Shown here in pieces: positions 10,134 through 20,304 of a DNA stretch of 63,654 bases. This stretch comes from Desulfobacterales bacterium (GTDB taxonomy: Bacteria; Desulfobacterota; Desulfobacteria; Desulfobacterales; ETH-SRB1). The notes under the pieces were generated by a model. That model was not told where the DNA came from. It did no database searches and saw only the letters and a list, made by a program, of their open reading frames with translations. Position numbers and translations under genes: made by a program. Positions within the stretch are counted from its first letter, which is position 1, and each line of letters starts with the position of its first letter. The stretch covers positions 1-63,654 of the forward strand of contig JAUWQO010000004.1 of assembly GCA_030610995.1 (NCBI GenBank). Direction: 5' to 3'.

Positions 10134-10194
10134 AAAAACACCTCCTCAATTAAACCTTGCCCATCTATTCAGATATCGTCAACGAGGTCTGCTG

Positions 10195-11190
10195 TTATTC
10201 CAAATGCTGTATTACTTTGCTTCCACCGGGTTTATAATAATAATATTCCATCACTTTGCGGTTTTCATTCACCTTTGCGGTCAATGAAAAGGGTGGTGCA
10301 TTATTTTTTAATACTTTCCGGACAAAGTCTATAGTGCTGTAAAACCTTAAATCACCAAATGTAATTAATTGGCATTTACCCGACTTTTCGGTTTTCTTTA
10401 CAGGATAGCTTGCAAACCAGGCGTACGTATTAAAAATAGATGCGCATGCCCCAAACTTTTTAAACATGTATGGTTCGGCTTTATCAAATTTAATAAAACT
10501 TTTTGTGCCGCAGGTATTGAAAATGTTAAAGCCTGCTATCTTATAGGTCTCCCTGTCTTCAACAATAACCTTCCAGAATAAAGGTGTAAAGAGCTCCGGT
10601 AAAATATGCACCTTCTCAAATGAAATCCTGTTTCTCCGAAGTTCGCTTTCAACATGATATAAAGTCGCATATTTTATGCCGAGGCATATAACAGGATATA
10701 GAAATAGCCAGGCAAGTCCCAGCATTACAAACCTTTGTTTGTGTTTTTTGCTCAAAAAAGAAAGAAGGCAGATAATTGCTATTGAAAAGGTATAAAAAGG
10801 ATCAACAATGAAAACAGATGCAATTGAGTATCTGGTATTATTAAACGGATATAATATCTGTGTTCCAAAGGTAGTTACAAGATCAAGATATATATGAACC
10901 AGTATTATTAAAAAGGCTATAACCAACCCTTTTATTATTGGAAAGGATTTAATAAACAGCCTGAAGACGGCAACCAGCAGCATCGAAAGAATAAGGCCGC
11001 CTGCAAAGGAATGGGTTATCCCACGATGATGGATCAGGTATAATTCCGGCCCGAGAAATGTGACCAGATTGTCTATATCAGGCAGCCATGCCGCAATAAT
11101 GCAAAATAATATTATAAAGCGCCGGTTAAAGTGTTTACATACAACCTGGGCGCCCAAAATCCCTGATGTTATGTGTGTTACAGGGTCCAT
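10195..11190 (-). CDS. YdjM-like membrane-bound metal-dependent hydrolase with C-terminal extension
   Basis: MDPVTH..WLPDIDN..HRGITHS motifs of the YdjM/DUF457 family, several TM spans, extra ~150-aa soluble tail. Confidence 0.6.
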   Translation of the reverse strand: MDPVTHITSGILGAQVVCKHFNRRFIILFCIIAAWLPDIDNLVTFLGPELYLIHHRGITHSFAGGLILSMLLVAVFRLFIKSFPIIKGLVIAFLIILVHIYLDLVTTFGTQILYPFNNTRYSIASVFIVDPFYTFSIAIICLLSFLSKKHKQRFVMLGLAWLFLYPVICLGIKYATLYHVESELRRNRISFEKVHILPELFTPLFWKVIVEDRETYKIAGFNIFNTCGTKSFIKFDKAEPYMFKKFGACASIFNTYAWFASYPVKKTEKSGKCQLITFGDLRFYSTIDFVRKVLKNNAPPFSLTAKVNENRKVMEYYYYKPGGSKVIQHLE

Positions 11191-11375
11191 AACCCCAAAT
11201 TTTTATCATAATCCGTTTTCAATGGACGAGACCTTTGAAAAATGTTCAATTTTGTTCGAGTACAAGGAAGGCGAAAATTTCAACCGGAGGAATATTTTGA
11301 ATATTTCGAGGATTAAAATTTGAGCCTGACGCAGTAATCGGGCAAAAGGGGACGTTTTGCAAAGGTCTCTAGACA

Positions 11376-11416
11376 ATAAAAAAGGGCGCCACCGTATGGG
11401 TGATGCCCTTTTTTTA
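11376..11416 (-). terminator. Bidirectional rho-independent terminator-like hairpin downstream of the HesB-like gene
   Basis: agggcgccacc-gtat-gggtgatgccct stem-loop flanked by an A-run on one side and T-run on the other. Confidence 0.5.
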
Positions 11417-11430
11417 AAATGTATGTTTTA

Positions 11431-11745
11431 TCATGAGCAGCAGGAACCAGTAGTGGTGCAACTCGAACAGCCGCCCCCCAAATCCATTCCCGATGTTACT
11501 TTAAAACCAAAATGATTAAAATCTATTTTTATAGCCTGTGTTTTTTCTATAAAATCTTTATCCACGATGTACTTAAACCCGTCAATATCATAAGCAACAT
11601 CTGTATCTTTTAGCTCATCCAGAGCCATTGCAAGCGAAGGCCCGCCTCATCCCCCACTGTTTAAAAAAATCCGAACCGGCGATATCTCTCTGCCTTTAAA
11701 ATATTCAGCAATCTGCGTTGTTGCCGCGTTTGTAACCTCAACCAT
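11431..11745 (-). CDS. HesB/IscA-like selenoprotein (in-frame TGA at 11647..11649 read as Sec)
   Basis: ATG at 11745 preceded by AAGGAGGAAG RBS; MVEVTNAATTQIAEYFKGREISPVRIFLNSGG-TGA-GGPSLAMALDE... stays in frame with the 65-aa track ORF; TGA sits exactly where IscA/HesB proteins have the conserved Cys (GGC.G); C-terminal GGGCSSC..CC cluster. Confidence 0.7.
11611..11627 (-). promoter_or_regulatory. Candidate SECIS-like stem-loop downstream of the in-frame UGA
   Basis: UGGCUC-UGGAU-GAGCUA (6-bp stem incl. one G-U) begins about 20 nt 3' of the UGA; only a small hairpin, not validated. Confidence 0.3.
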
Positions 11746-12036
11746 AACTTCCTCCTTAATAACATGATATCAAAATTTATTAATATATTAAAAACTAATT
11801 TAGTAACATCAATTATGTTTGTCAATGGGGAACTGGGAAAAACAAAAAAAAGTGGTTCTACAATGAACCTGAAAATAGCTTGTAATAAAATATAAAATGT
11901 GATATGTATTTTTTTATATTTTCAAGTTTCACATTTTTTCGCACTCAGGTATTGACGCCTTAACCTAAAACCTGATGAATTCAAGTCGTTATTGGTTTAT
12001 CAGGTGTTAGATGACGTTTTAAAAGGAGGAAGATAA

Positions 12037-12552
12037 ATGGCGCAAAACAACAATCGCTCAATAATATCTATGGTGGTAACAATTGTAATAATAGGATTCA
12101 TATTGCAAGTGGCTTTTGTTTATGCCGACAGAATAGATTCACCGCACAAAGCTGTTGTTGAATTCTCCAAGGCATATTTCTGGCTGGACAAATCGATGGC
12201 TAAGCGGCTCTGCAACGCCCAGAGAACTGTAGACGGAGTTGATGTTGTTGATAAATATATCCAGAGCGTTGCCAGCAATGCAAAAGAAAGTGGCTGGGGC
12301 ATAAATTACATGAAAAGCACAATTTACCACATAAAAACCCAGACTTTAAGCAGGGATGACTCCAATGCCGTAGTCAAATTGACCTGTTACAAAAAGAAAA
12401 CAATCAACCCATTATATATGCCATTCGCTAAAATATTTCGTCTTAACAAAACCTATCATGTTGATGAAACAATCAATGTTATTAAAGAAGATGAAACATG
12501 GAAGGTGTGTGGCAAGGTTTTTGATTTGCCGGCCAACCCCGATCTTTCCTAA
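12037..12552 (+). CDS. Hypothetical membrane-anchored protein
   Basis: 171 aa, GGAGG RBS upstream, single N-terminal TM (IISMVVTIVIIGFILQVAFVY), followed by a terminator. Confidence 0.5.
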   Translation: MAQNNNRSIISMVVTIVIIGFILQVAFVYADRIDSPHKAVVEFSKAYFWLDKSMAKRLCNAQRTVDGVDVVDKYIQSVASNAKESGWGINYMKSTIYHIKTQTLSRDDSNAVVKLTCYKKKTINPLYMPFAKIFRLNKTYHVDETINVIKEDETWKVCGKVFDLPANPDLS

Positions 12553-12582
12553 TTTTACAGATAGCGACAACACAACATCTTG

Positions 12583-12624
12583 AGGCCTTTGAAAAGCTAC
12601 ATTCTTCAAAGGCCTTAATTTTTT
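12583..12624 (+). terminator. Rho-independent terminator
   Basis: aggcctttgaa-N11-ttcaaaggcct perfect 11-bp stem followed by taatttttt. Confidence 0.6.
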
Positions 12625-12739
12625 CGCAAAAAAGCAACTTTTTCTGCTTCTATCGCTGAATAATGAATATCAAATTAAGAAGGATTATGTTTTGCAGTTT
12701 ACTTCAGCGTTCATAATTCCTTGTTCGATATTCTGCGGT

Positions 12740-13582
12740 TCAAAACACATTAGCAGAGTTGATTTTTTCAAACACCATTGCGCCCCAACCTTTTTCCACC
12801 TCACTTCTTTCCAGCTTAAAAAGCCTCTGCGTATAGAGTTTTTGAACATCCGGCATTTCAGATGCCTTAAGGCCTGAAATTACGACTACTGCTTTATGTT
12901 CTGTAATATGGTCTAAGCGGGAATATAGCTTGTTCAGGGTAGGATAGCGCAGGTTTGCGGTTATAAGTGAAAACTGCTTGTCGATACTTTCTATGGGCTG
13001 GTTATAAATACGGATTTGATTTTCGAGCCCGTTGATTCTGACATTGTCTTTTGCCTCTTTTCGCGCGATCGAATCAAAATCTGTTCCGATCGCCTCATCA
13101 ACTCCCAGCATAACAGCCAAAATCGCAAGAATACCGGATCCTGTCCCAATATCAAGAGCACAATTATATTTATTTTTCTCAAGAAAGCGCTCTGAGCGCA
13201 ATGTAGATTCAATACCCCTGACAGCCAGTCTGGTTGTCGGGTGCGCACCGGAACCAAAAGATGCGCCTTGAATTATTTCAACAACAATGTCGCCAGGATT
13301 TGTCCGAAATAACAAACCCGGCGGTTTTAGCACAACATACTTTGATATTCGCACCGGCTTGTTAAAGGATTTTTCCAGAAAACTATGGCCATATTTATAC
13401 GTATATGCAAGGGTCTGTTCCGCAACCAGAGCCTTGATTGCCTGTTTTATCTGTTTTTTGGGATAAAAACACCTGTTTGCTAATTCCTTTTCTATATCCA
13501 GTTGAGTCAGGTGTTTGGCTGATTCAAATACAGTTTCGGTTACTTTCTGTTTAATTAAATTTAAATCGCACCGGTCATTCAA
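12740..13582 (-). CDS. prmA: Ribosomal protein L11 methyltransferase-like (PrmA family)
   Basis: FGSGAHPTTRLAV signature and SAM motif LDIGTGSGILAI, D..ANL pattern. Confidence 0.75.
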   Translation of the reverse strand: MNDRCDLNLIKQKVTETVFESAKHLTQLDIEKELANRCFYPKKQIKQAIKALVAEQTLAYTYKYGHSFLEKSFNKPVRISKYVVLKPPGLLFRTNPGDIVVEIIQGASFGSGAHPTTRLAVRGIESTLRSERFLEKNKYNCALDIGTGSGILAILAVMLGVDEAIGTDFDSIARKEAKDNVRINGLENQIRIYNQPIESIDKQFSLITANLRYPTLNKLYSRLDHITEHKAVVVISGLKASEMPDVQKLYTQRLFKLERSEVEKGWGAMVFEKINSANVF

Positions 13583-13925
13583 GCTTCCCTTCCCTTTTTA
13601 ACAGCTCTCCATACCAGCATGCAAACTCAAACATGCCTTTATGTTTTTCATCCTTATTAATTATTCCAAGGCAAAGCTCAAAAGCGCCCCTGCCGTATTC
13701 GTTGGTATATGATTCTGCGCTCCGTGTATGCAGAAATTCGCTCACCAGCGTCTGTGTTGTACGCTTTGAGGCATCTGTCCTCATATCTATCGGATCTTTT
13801 GGTTTGATAAAAGGATCCCATTCTTTATACCCTTTTTTCAGGATATGCTTTTGACGCCGCGGGGCCATGCTGTCAAAAATATACTTTTTTCTGATCTCCT
13901 CCTCTTCAGGGGAAATGTTTGTCAT
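13575..13925 (-). CDS. Hypothetical protein
   Basis: 116-aa ORF overlapping both neighbours by 4-8 nt (operon context ykgJ-like / this / prmA). Confidence 0.5.
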   Translation of the reverse strand: MTNISPEEEEIRKKYIFDSMAPRRQKHILKKGYKEWDPFIKPKDPIDMRTDASKRTTQTLVSEFLHTRSAESYTNEYGRGAFELCLGIINKDEKHKGMFEFACWYGELLKREGKLE

Positions 13926-14620
13926 TTACTCCTCCTTTTGACCTTCTGCTTTTTTTGGCTGTCCTTCTCGACGGTTTTTAATCCAAAAAATTCTTCATTA
14001 TAATTGGTAAGAAGAGCCATAGATAAGGGCACAAGCATGTCCGCCATTTTCACATGCCTGGATTTAATTTCTTTTACAAGTTCAGCGGATATTTTGTAAA
14101 GATTGTTCTGGAGTATATCCAGGTTTACCGTATGATACTGCTTTCCCTCAACAAAACCGGATTTGCCGCATGTATGACCTTTTCCACCAATAGTGGTTGG
14201 AATCCCGTATAGCCTGCATGTTATGGGCCGGTATTCATACATATCGCAAAGGTTCTGCTCGTTTAGCAGCGGGCATCTAATCCGTTGCTCTGCAATATCC
14301 ATCAGTATGTCCTCCTCTTTTTTTCCGGCCTCCAGATCTTTGTAGGCTTTTTTCTTTATCCTGTGCACATCCCGGTCGGCTCTGTTTAACTTATCAATAA
14401 GCCTGTGCCTTTCTTTTCCTTTAAATTTTTTGTTGAAATGATAATTTATATATAATCCTTCAATCAAACCAAGATCGAAAAGAGCATAACAACAATCGGA
14501 GCACTCCAGTTTGCATTTTACACATTCAGGGTATTCTTTTTTTACGCGCTCAAAAACGGTATCCGCCATTGCAACAATCTCTTCATATTTCCTGAAAAAA
14601 GGTGAAAAATCTATATCCAT
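13922..14620 (-). CDS. YkgJ-family cysteine-cluster protein
   Basis: CVKCKLECSDCC motif plus second Cys cluster (CPLL..C..C), typical UPF0153/YkgJ. Confidence 0.7.
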   Translation of the reverse strand: MDIDFSPFFRKYEEIVAMADTVFERVKKEYPECVKCKLECSDCCYALFDLGLIEGLYINYHFNKKFKGKERHRLIDKLNRADRDVHRIKKKAYKDLEAGKKEEDILMDIAEQRIRCPLLNEQNLCDMYEYRPITCRLYGIPTTIGGKGHTCGKSGFVEGKQYHTVNLDILQNNLYKISAELVKEIKSRHVKMADMLVPLSMALLTNYNEEFFGLKTVEKDSQKKQKVKRRSK

Positions 14621-14673
14621 AATTATACTCCCAACCCGGACAAACCGGAACCAAATAGGACTGTTTTTAACAG

Positions 14674-15093
14674 TTCAGCCACCAAGACACAAAGACACTA
14701 AGATTCTAAAATAATTCTTTATTTCTTATGCACAGTAAAAAGCAATATCTGTAATTTTTTGACCTGTTCGGTTAGATAATTTTCAATTCCCCTCTAATAA
14801 GAAGGGAATTAGGGGTGTGTTCATATGATATACTGCTACATCTGCGCTTCGGATAATGTGCTGCTGTTTCGGAACGTTTTATCAAGTTCTTTGAGTTCCG
14901 AATTGTAATATACTCTTATTTTTTTCTCGGTCTTTTTTACACACCCCGTCCGCTTCGCGTCCACCCCTCTTGTTAGAGGGGATTTGAGAGGATTAACCGC
15001 ACAGGTCGATTTTTTTTTGGGAATGAATTCTTCCTTTCATATACGGTTTTGAAAAATATGTCTTTCCTTTGTGCCTTGGTGTCTTGGTGGCTA
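14674..15093. repeat. Composite palindromic element, family cagccaccaagacacaaagacac (related copy 44218..44399)
   Basis: Ends ttcagccaccaagacacaaagacac / gtctttcctttgtgccttggtgtcttggtggctaa are reverse complements; internal second palindrome cccctctaataagaagggaattaggggtgtg / cacaccccgtc..cccctcttgttagagggg. Confidence 0.7.
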
Positions 15094-15139
15094 AAGTGTC
15101 ACGAGTTTTTTAATTTTTAGCCATGTTTCACGTGAAACA

Positions 15140-16555
15140 TTATTTGCCTATACAAAATCTGCTGAAAATCTTGTCAAGCATGTCTTCATTGGCAATAACA
15201 CCTGTAATTTCTCCCAGCGAATCCATAGCCTCCTTAATATCGATGGCAATCAACTCAAAGTGTGTTCGCATTCGCATTCCTTCAACAGCCGATGATGCAG
15301 CCCGAAGACTTCTCTCGAGAGCTATCTTATGCCTTAAATTTGGAATAATTGCATGTTCAATGTCAAAACCCTGTTCACTAAGGGATGTTTCTGCTATCAA
15401 ATCTTTAAGCCTGTCAAGCCCCTGGTTATAAAGGGCCGATATTTTAACCCGCGGAATATTAATCCAGGAATCCGGCATATCAAGTCTGTGTTTATCATCT
15501 ACGAGATCCGACTTGTTTATAACGATTATCAGCTTCCTGTCGCTAATCCTTTCATATATCTTATAATCCTCCTCTGTTATCCGGCAGCTTGCATCAAGCA
15601 TAAACAAAACCAGATCAGACAGGTCGGTATGCTCATAAGTCTTTTTTATGCCAATAACCTCAACAGGATCATCTGTTTCATGCAGACCCGCGGTGTCTGT
15701 AATAATCACGGGAATACCTCTGATGCCTAACGGCTCTTCTATAAAGTCTCTTGTAGTGCCTGGCGTTGAAGTAACAATAGCGCGCTCCTTTTGGAGCAGA
15801 CGATTCATAAGGCTTGACTTCCCGACATTTGGGCGGCCCACAACAACCAGTTTGAGACCGTCTCTCAAAATATGGGCGTTTTCATATCGCTCAATCAGCT
15901 CTTTTAACCTTGCAACGACCTTATTCTGCAGTGTTTTGATTGCTGCATCAATACCAAGGTTTTCAGTAACATCATCCGGAAAATCTATGGCTGCATTTAT
16001 TTCAGCAAAAATATCAGACAGCAAATCCCTTATTGTTTCAACACTCATTCGCATATCACCCTTTAGCTGAGTGAAGGCGATTTCGAGCGCTTTATTTGTC
16101 CTGGCATTGATAATGTCAACTACCGCTTCAGCCTGTGTAAGATCAATGCGGCCATTTATATATGCTCTCTTTGTAAACTCGCCGGGCTCGGCAAGCCTGG
16201 CGCCGTTTTTTAACACCAGCTCCAGAATGGAGCTTAATACAACATGCCCTGAATGAGCCTGTATCTCTACGACATCCTCGCCGGTATATGAACGGGGCGC
16301 CTTCATAATTGCCAAAAGCACCTCGTCGAGCCGCCGCCCATTTGCCGGATCAACAACATATCCATGGTATAGCCGATAGGATTTAAATCTTGCAAAAGAA
16401 AGGTCGCATGTATCTGCATTGTGATCAGAGACCAAACGAGATCTTTTAAAAATAGTTGCGGCTATCCTTAGAGCCTTTTCACCAGAAATTCTGATAATAC
16501 CGATACCACCGCGACCTATTGGTGTCGCAACAGCGGCAATGGTAGGATTGTCCAT
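15140..16555 (-). CDS. mnmE: tRNA modification GTPase MnmE (TrmE)
   Basis: TIAAVATPIGRGGIGIIRISG N-terminus, G-domain GRPNVGKSSL, DTAG, NKSD, C-terminal CIGK; start moved to Met25 (16555) because the first 24 codons of the track ORF lie in a repeat element. Confidence 0.9.
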   Translation of the reverse strand: MDNPTIAAVATPIGRGGIGIIRISGEKALRIAATIFKRSRLVSDHNADTCDLSFARFKSYRLYHGYVVDPANGRRLDEVLLAIMKAPRSYTGEDVVEIQAHSGHVVLSSILELVLKNGARLAEPGEFTKRAYINGRIDLTQAEAVVDIINARTNKALEIAFTQLKGDMRMSVETIRDLLSDIFAEINAAIDFPDDVTENLGIDAAIKTLQNKVVARLKELIERYENAHILRDGLKLVVVGRPNVGKSSLMNRLLQKERAIVTSTPGTTRDFIEEPLGIRGIPVIITDTAGLHETDDPVEVIGIKKTYEHTDLSDLVLFMLDASCRITEEDYKIYERISDRKLIIVINKSDLVDDKHRLDMPDSWINIPRVKISALYNQGLDRLKDLIAETSLSEQGFDIEHAIIPNLRHKIALERSLRAASSAVEGMRMRTHFELIAIDIKEAMDSLGEITGVIANEDMLDKIFSRFCIGK

Positions 16556-16574
16556 ATGAAACCTTTGGAAATAT

Positions 16575-16739
16575 GGTAACCGTTCACGGAACGTTGAAAA
16601 TAGAAATTGGAACTGGAAATTAGGCATTCATGCTTTTGTACTGTTCTTCCAAATTTCTACTTTCCAATTTCTATTTTAATCTCTCCCAAATTTCTACTTT
16701 CCAATTTCAAGTTTCAAGCCCCGCCACGGCGGGGCTACC
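16575..16739. repeat. Four-helix-bundle-derived miniature element (family gtaaccgttcacgg ... ggctac)
   Basis: Shares ends and internal gaaattggaa / ccaatttc arms and catgcttttgtactgtt core with copies at 9333, 27617, 34505. Confidence 0.75.
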
Positions 16740-16754
16740 GATTCTGAAAGCGGT

Positions 16755-17564
16755 TCAATCAGAGGCTTTCTCCCTGATAGAATTTTTTCTGGGAAATATC
16801 ATCAGCTTCTTGATATAACCGTTGCCGATACTCTTGGTTCTAACTCCGCTATCATCCTTTAAAGCAAGATGCACAACTCTCCTGTCATAAGCATTCATTT
16901 GGCCTATTGTCACAGGTTTCCCGGTTTGCTTCGCCTTTTTAGCAAGCCGTTCAACCAGTTTTTGCAGACTTGCCTGTCTGTTTTCCAGATAACCCTCCAC
17001 ATCTACCTGTATGCGTATTCTTTGCTCGCTATTCTTGTTGATGATTTTTTCAACCAGATACTGTATGGCCTCAAGTGTCTGCCCGTGTTTACCGATCAGA
17101 AGCGCAGGGTTGTCCCCCTTCACCCTTAACAATGTTTTGTCTTCATCCCGTTCAATCGATATTGTTGCATCAGTACTAATGCAATCAATTATATGCTGCA
17201 AAACATCCCTTCCAAAACCGACAGCATCCTCAGTATCCTCAAGACATGTGTCTGGTTTAAAATCATCCAACGCTCTTGCCGTACGCTCAGGTAATTCTGT
17301 TAATAACTTATCGCCTTCATCGATATTGTTCGGCCGTTTTTTGCCGACCGTTTCCGGCTTAATCTCGGGCAAAGACCCAGGAGCCTTATTGGGAGCCTCA
17401 ACCCGTATTTTGGCTTTCTTGGCTCCGACCAACCCGAAAATACCGGTAGATCCATAAGAAATAACATCATGTTTTAGTTTTTCCTTTGGTATATTAAGTG
17501 CATCACAGGCATTCTTGACCGCCTGGTCAATATCTTTACCTTCAAATTCCAAAGAGGGCGACAT
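16755..17564 (-). CDS. jag: Jag/KhpB RNA-binding protein (Jag_N + KH + R3H)
   Basis: Position between yidC and mnmE; C-terminal R3H-like YDRRVVHLAL motif. Confidence 0.8.
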   Translation of the reverse strand: MSPSLEFEGKDIDQAVKNACDALNIPKEKLKHDVISYGSTGIFGLVGAKKAKIRVEAPNKAPGSLPEIKPETVGKKRPNNIDEGDKLLTELPERTARALDDFKPDTCLEDTEDAVGFGRDVLQHIIDCISTDATISIERDEDKTLLRVKGDNPALLIGKHGQTLEAIQYLVEKIINKNSEQRIRIQVDVEGYLENRQASLQKLVERLAKKAKQTGKPVTIGQMNAYDRRVVHLALKDDSGVRTKSIGNGYIKKLMIFPRKNSIREKASD

Positions 17565-17585
17565 ACATAACCTCCGTTGTTAAGC

Positions 17586-19268
17586 TCATTTTTTTGTAAT
17601 ATAATACTGTTGCGCAATAGACAGGATATTGTTTATCAACCAGTACAAAACAAGTCCGGAAGAAAAATTTATGAATATTGCCGTAAAAATAATCGGCATA
17701 AACTTCATCATCTTGGCCTGGGTGGGATCACCCACGGACGGCGCCATTTGCTGCTGCAGAAACATGGTGGCGCCCATAATAATAGTTAACACAGGAATGC
17801 CGTAAGGCGGCTGCATCAGCGGGATGGATATATTAAAATCAAAAAGGCGATCCGGAGCGGACAGATCTGTGATCCAGCCCAAAAAAGGAGCATGCCTGAG
17901 TTCTATGGCTTCATACAACATTCGATAAAGGGCAAAAAATACAGGGATCTGCACAATCATTGGAAGACATCCGCCCACGGGATTTACCTTGTATGTTTTA
18001 TATAACGCCATAACTTCTTCATTCATCTTCTTTTTATCATGCTTGTATTTCTCTCTTATCCCCATCATCAGCGGTTGAATCTTCTTCATTTCAGCCATGG
18101 ATTTATAGCTCTTTGTTCCAAGAGGCCAGAGGATAATCTTTGTCACCATGGTTAAAAGAATAATGGCCACGCCATAGTTGGGAATAATGCTGTATAGAAA
18201 ATTCATAAACCAGAGGCACGGTTTGGCGATAAAATCAAACATCCCGAAATCAATCGCCTTGCTAAGGTTATAACCGCATTGTTTGAGAATTTTCGTACTC
18301 TTAGGCCCAAAAAAGAGCTTGTACTCATAACCATGCTGCATCCCGGGTTGAATAACTGTTTCCGGCTGCATGTACTGGGCTTCCAACAACACGTCGTCCT
18401 GCGACAGGAAAAGTCGCATGCTCGCTTCAACAGGCTTGGTCGAAATAATGCTGGACATAAAGTAACGATCTTGAACCGCGACCCATTCCAGCGTTCCTGT
18501 ATATATGTTTTTGTCTTTTATTTTCTTGGCCTTAATCTGCTCCAGTGAATTATTAATCAAAGCGCTCGGGCCTTCAAATCCATACATGGTCGTTGTTGTA
18601 GAATAGGTTTTCATTAACGACAGTATTAGATTGTCCTGTATTGTTTGATAAGAACCGTTTTTAATTGTTACATTCAATCCAATCAGGTATGTGTCCGGAG
18701 AAAAGATAAACCTTTTCTCCACAACTACGCCATTTTCAGATACCCAGGAAAATGTAATTTCTTCCGACTGATTACTAATATTAACAGATTCGGCATTGCG
18801 ATCTACATTAAAAACAGCATATTTCAGGCCCGGAAGGCTGTTGCCGGCAAGCCCTAACAGAACAGTTCCCTTGTCATGAACTTCCGGAGATATCATTTGA
18901 TATAAAGGTGAATCATCACCACCGTTTTCCTTGTAATCTTTCAGAATAAAGTCATTAAACACCGCCCCCTTTTCTGAAATTCTAACCGAATATAAAGGCG
19001 TATTTACAGTAATTGTTCTGGCTGCTTTTACCGGTTTCAACAGGTCGTCCTTGCCAGACATCAGATCAGGCATCAAACCAGGCATTACCTTCTTATCGAT
19101 AGTATCCTTTTCAAGATATTTATTAAACGGTTCCTCTTTTGCCATCTGTTCAGCCTGTTGGCTTTCGCTGGGGGGCTGAACAGCTTCCCTGTCAATAAAG
19201 AATATTTCCCACAAAACAAAAATAAGAAAACAAAGAGCTATAGCTATAGCTAAACGAGGAAAATCCAT
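17586..19268 (-). CDS. yidC: Membrane protein insertase YidC
   Basis: 560 aa; N-terminal TM, large periplasmic domain, conserved C-terminal core (WPL..KSY.SM..M..IQP, GGCLPM..Q.PVFFALY). Confidence 0.9.
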   Translation of the reverse strand: MDFPRLAIAIALCFLIFVLWEIFFIDREAVQPPSESQQAEQMAKEEPFNKYLEKDTIDKKVMPGLMPDLMSGKDDLLKPVKAARTITVNTPLYSVRISEKGAVFNDFILKDYKENGGDDSPLYQMISPEVHDKGTVLLGLAGNSLPGLKYAVFNVDRNAESVNISNQSEEITFSWVSENGVVVEKRFIFSPDTYLIGLNVTIKNGSYQTIQDNLILSLMKTYSTTTTMYGFEGPSALINNSLEQIKAKKIKDKNIYTGTLEWVAVQDRYFMSSIISTKPVEASMRLFLSQDDVLLEAQYMQPETVIQPGMQHGYEYKLFFGPKSTKILKQCGYNLSKAIDFGMFDFIAKPCLWFMNFLYSIIPNYGVAIILLTMVTKIILWPLGTKSYKSMAEMKKIQPLMMGIREKYKHDKKKMNEEVMALYKTYKVNPVGGCLPMIVQIPVFFALYRMLYEAIELRHAPFLGWITDLSAPDRLFDFNISIPLMQPPYGIPVLTIIMGATMFLQQQMAPSVGDPTQAKMMKFMPIIFTAIFINFSSGLVLYWLINNILSIAQQYYITKK

Positions 19269-19551
19269 AATATACTCCTAATTTTTGTACTTGGTAAAAA
19301 GCTACATTCTGCCGCTTTACGGCACTGCGGACCAAAATAACTGAAGCGATAACCGGCAAAAACCGTGCTTTTTGTTCGAGCATAAGTTAAGTTATTTGAA
19401 AGTATTACCCGTTCAAGTGCATTGGAACCGGCTGAAACAGGTTGGTTGCATTGGCAGAATCTTTGAGTGGCCTATTAGGGGATATAATGATCTCTAATAT
19501 TAAATGAGTCTAACAGCACAGGCCTACCGGGCTCTATTCACGGCTATCCGG

Positions 19552-19764
19552 TTAAGGGACATAATCGACTCCGCCCGGATTAAATGGGTGGCATCGCAAA
19601 ATTCTTTTTAAAGCAAGAAATGATCCCTTTAGCGGTCCATAACGTAAAACAGCCTGATAGGCATACTCAGAACAGGTTGGATAAAAACGACATGACGGGG
19701 ACAAAACAGGAGACAAAATATATTGATATGCCCTTATAGTAAACAGGGCAAGCATCTGAAACAT
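19552..19764 (-). CDS. yidD: Membrane protein insertion efficiency factor YidD
   Basis: [34 protein letters not shown] motifs; start chosen at Met13 just after rnpA stop (alternative start 19800). Confidence 0.8.
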   Translation of the reverse strand: MFQMLALFTIRAYQYILSPVLSPSCRFYPTCSEYAYQAVLRYGPLKGSFLALKRILRCHPFNPGGVDYVP

Positions 19765-19768
19765 TTTA

Positions 19769-20146
19769 TTAATGATAAAGATTCCTTGTAATTTTGTCAA
19801 AAATGTTTTGCAGGGACAAAAAAGCCTGGGCTGATGACAGGTTGACAGCCTCCTTTTTTGCTATGATATTTATATCCCAATTCCCTGTATTTTTGTGCCT
19901 GTTGAGTCGAAAATATTCACGGGTAAAGCGTTTAATCCTGTTGCGAACTAATGCGTTTCCAACCTTTCTCGAAACGGTAATACCAAGGCGCGTTCTTTCA
20001 GTTTTACCTGGAGCAAAAACAGCAATAAAATTTTTATTTTGGCATCGCCTGCCTTTTGCCGTCAACCCTAAAAAATCGGGGCGTTTTAACAGTCTGTCCG
20101 CCTTGGTAAAAAAAAAGCTCACGAGATATCTACCTTTTGCAACCAA
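19769..20146 (-). CDS. rnpA: Ribonuclease P protein component
   Basis: LLKRPDFL...[23 protein letters not shown] motif; located between rpmH and yidD. Confidence 0.85.
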   Translation of the reverse strand: MVAKGRYLVSFFFTKADRLLKRPDFLGLTAKGRRCQNKNFIAVFAPGKTERTRLGITVSRKVGNALVRNRIKRFTREYFRLNRHKNTGNWDINIIAKKEAVNLSSAQAFLSLQNIFDKITRNLYH

Positions 20147-20169
20147 CCGATTTTTATTGTATATTATAT

Positions 20170-20304
20170 TTAAACGCTCAGACGATTTCTGCCTTTAGCT
20201 CTACGCCTGTTAATAATTCTTCTACCCTGTTTTGTTGACATCCTTTTCAAAAAACCGTGCGTTCTGGCACGCTTTATCCTGCTTGGCTGATAGGTTCTTT
20301 TCAT
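20170..20304 (-). CDS. rpmH: 50S ribosomal protein L34 (not in ORF track, 44 aa)
   Basis: Manual translation [44 protein letters not shown] matches the L34 consensus. Confidence 0.92.
   Translation of the reverse strand: MKRTYQPSRIKRARTHGFLKRMSTKQGRRIINRRRAKGRNRLSV

Noticed and set aside
11060-11323. 87-aa plus-strand ORF between the ydjM-like and hesB-like genes
   Set aside because: Its first half overlaps the ydjM-like CDS antisense and the rest has no RBS or motif. The region is better explained as a promoter/terminator spacer.
16556-16627. N-terminal extension of the mnmE track ORF. There are analogous extensions at 33810-33914 (hldE), 35337-35429 (thrH), 43089-43157 (holB), 58723-58833 (methylase), 24701-24748 (asnS) and 61093-61173 (ATPase).
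   Set aside because: The extra codons run through identifiable repeat elements or the upstream gene. They end at an internal Met that aligns with the conserved family N-terminus.
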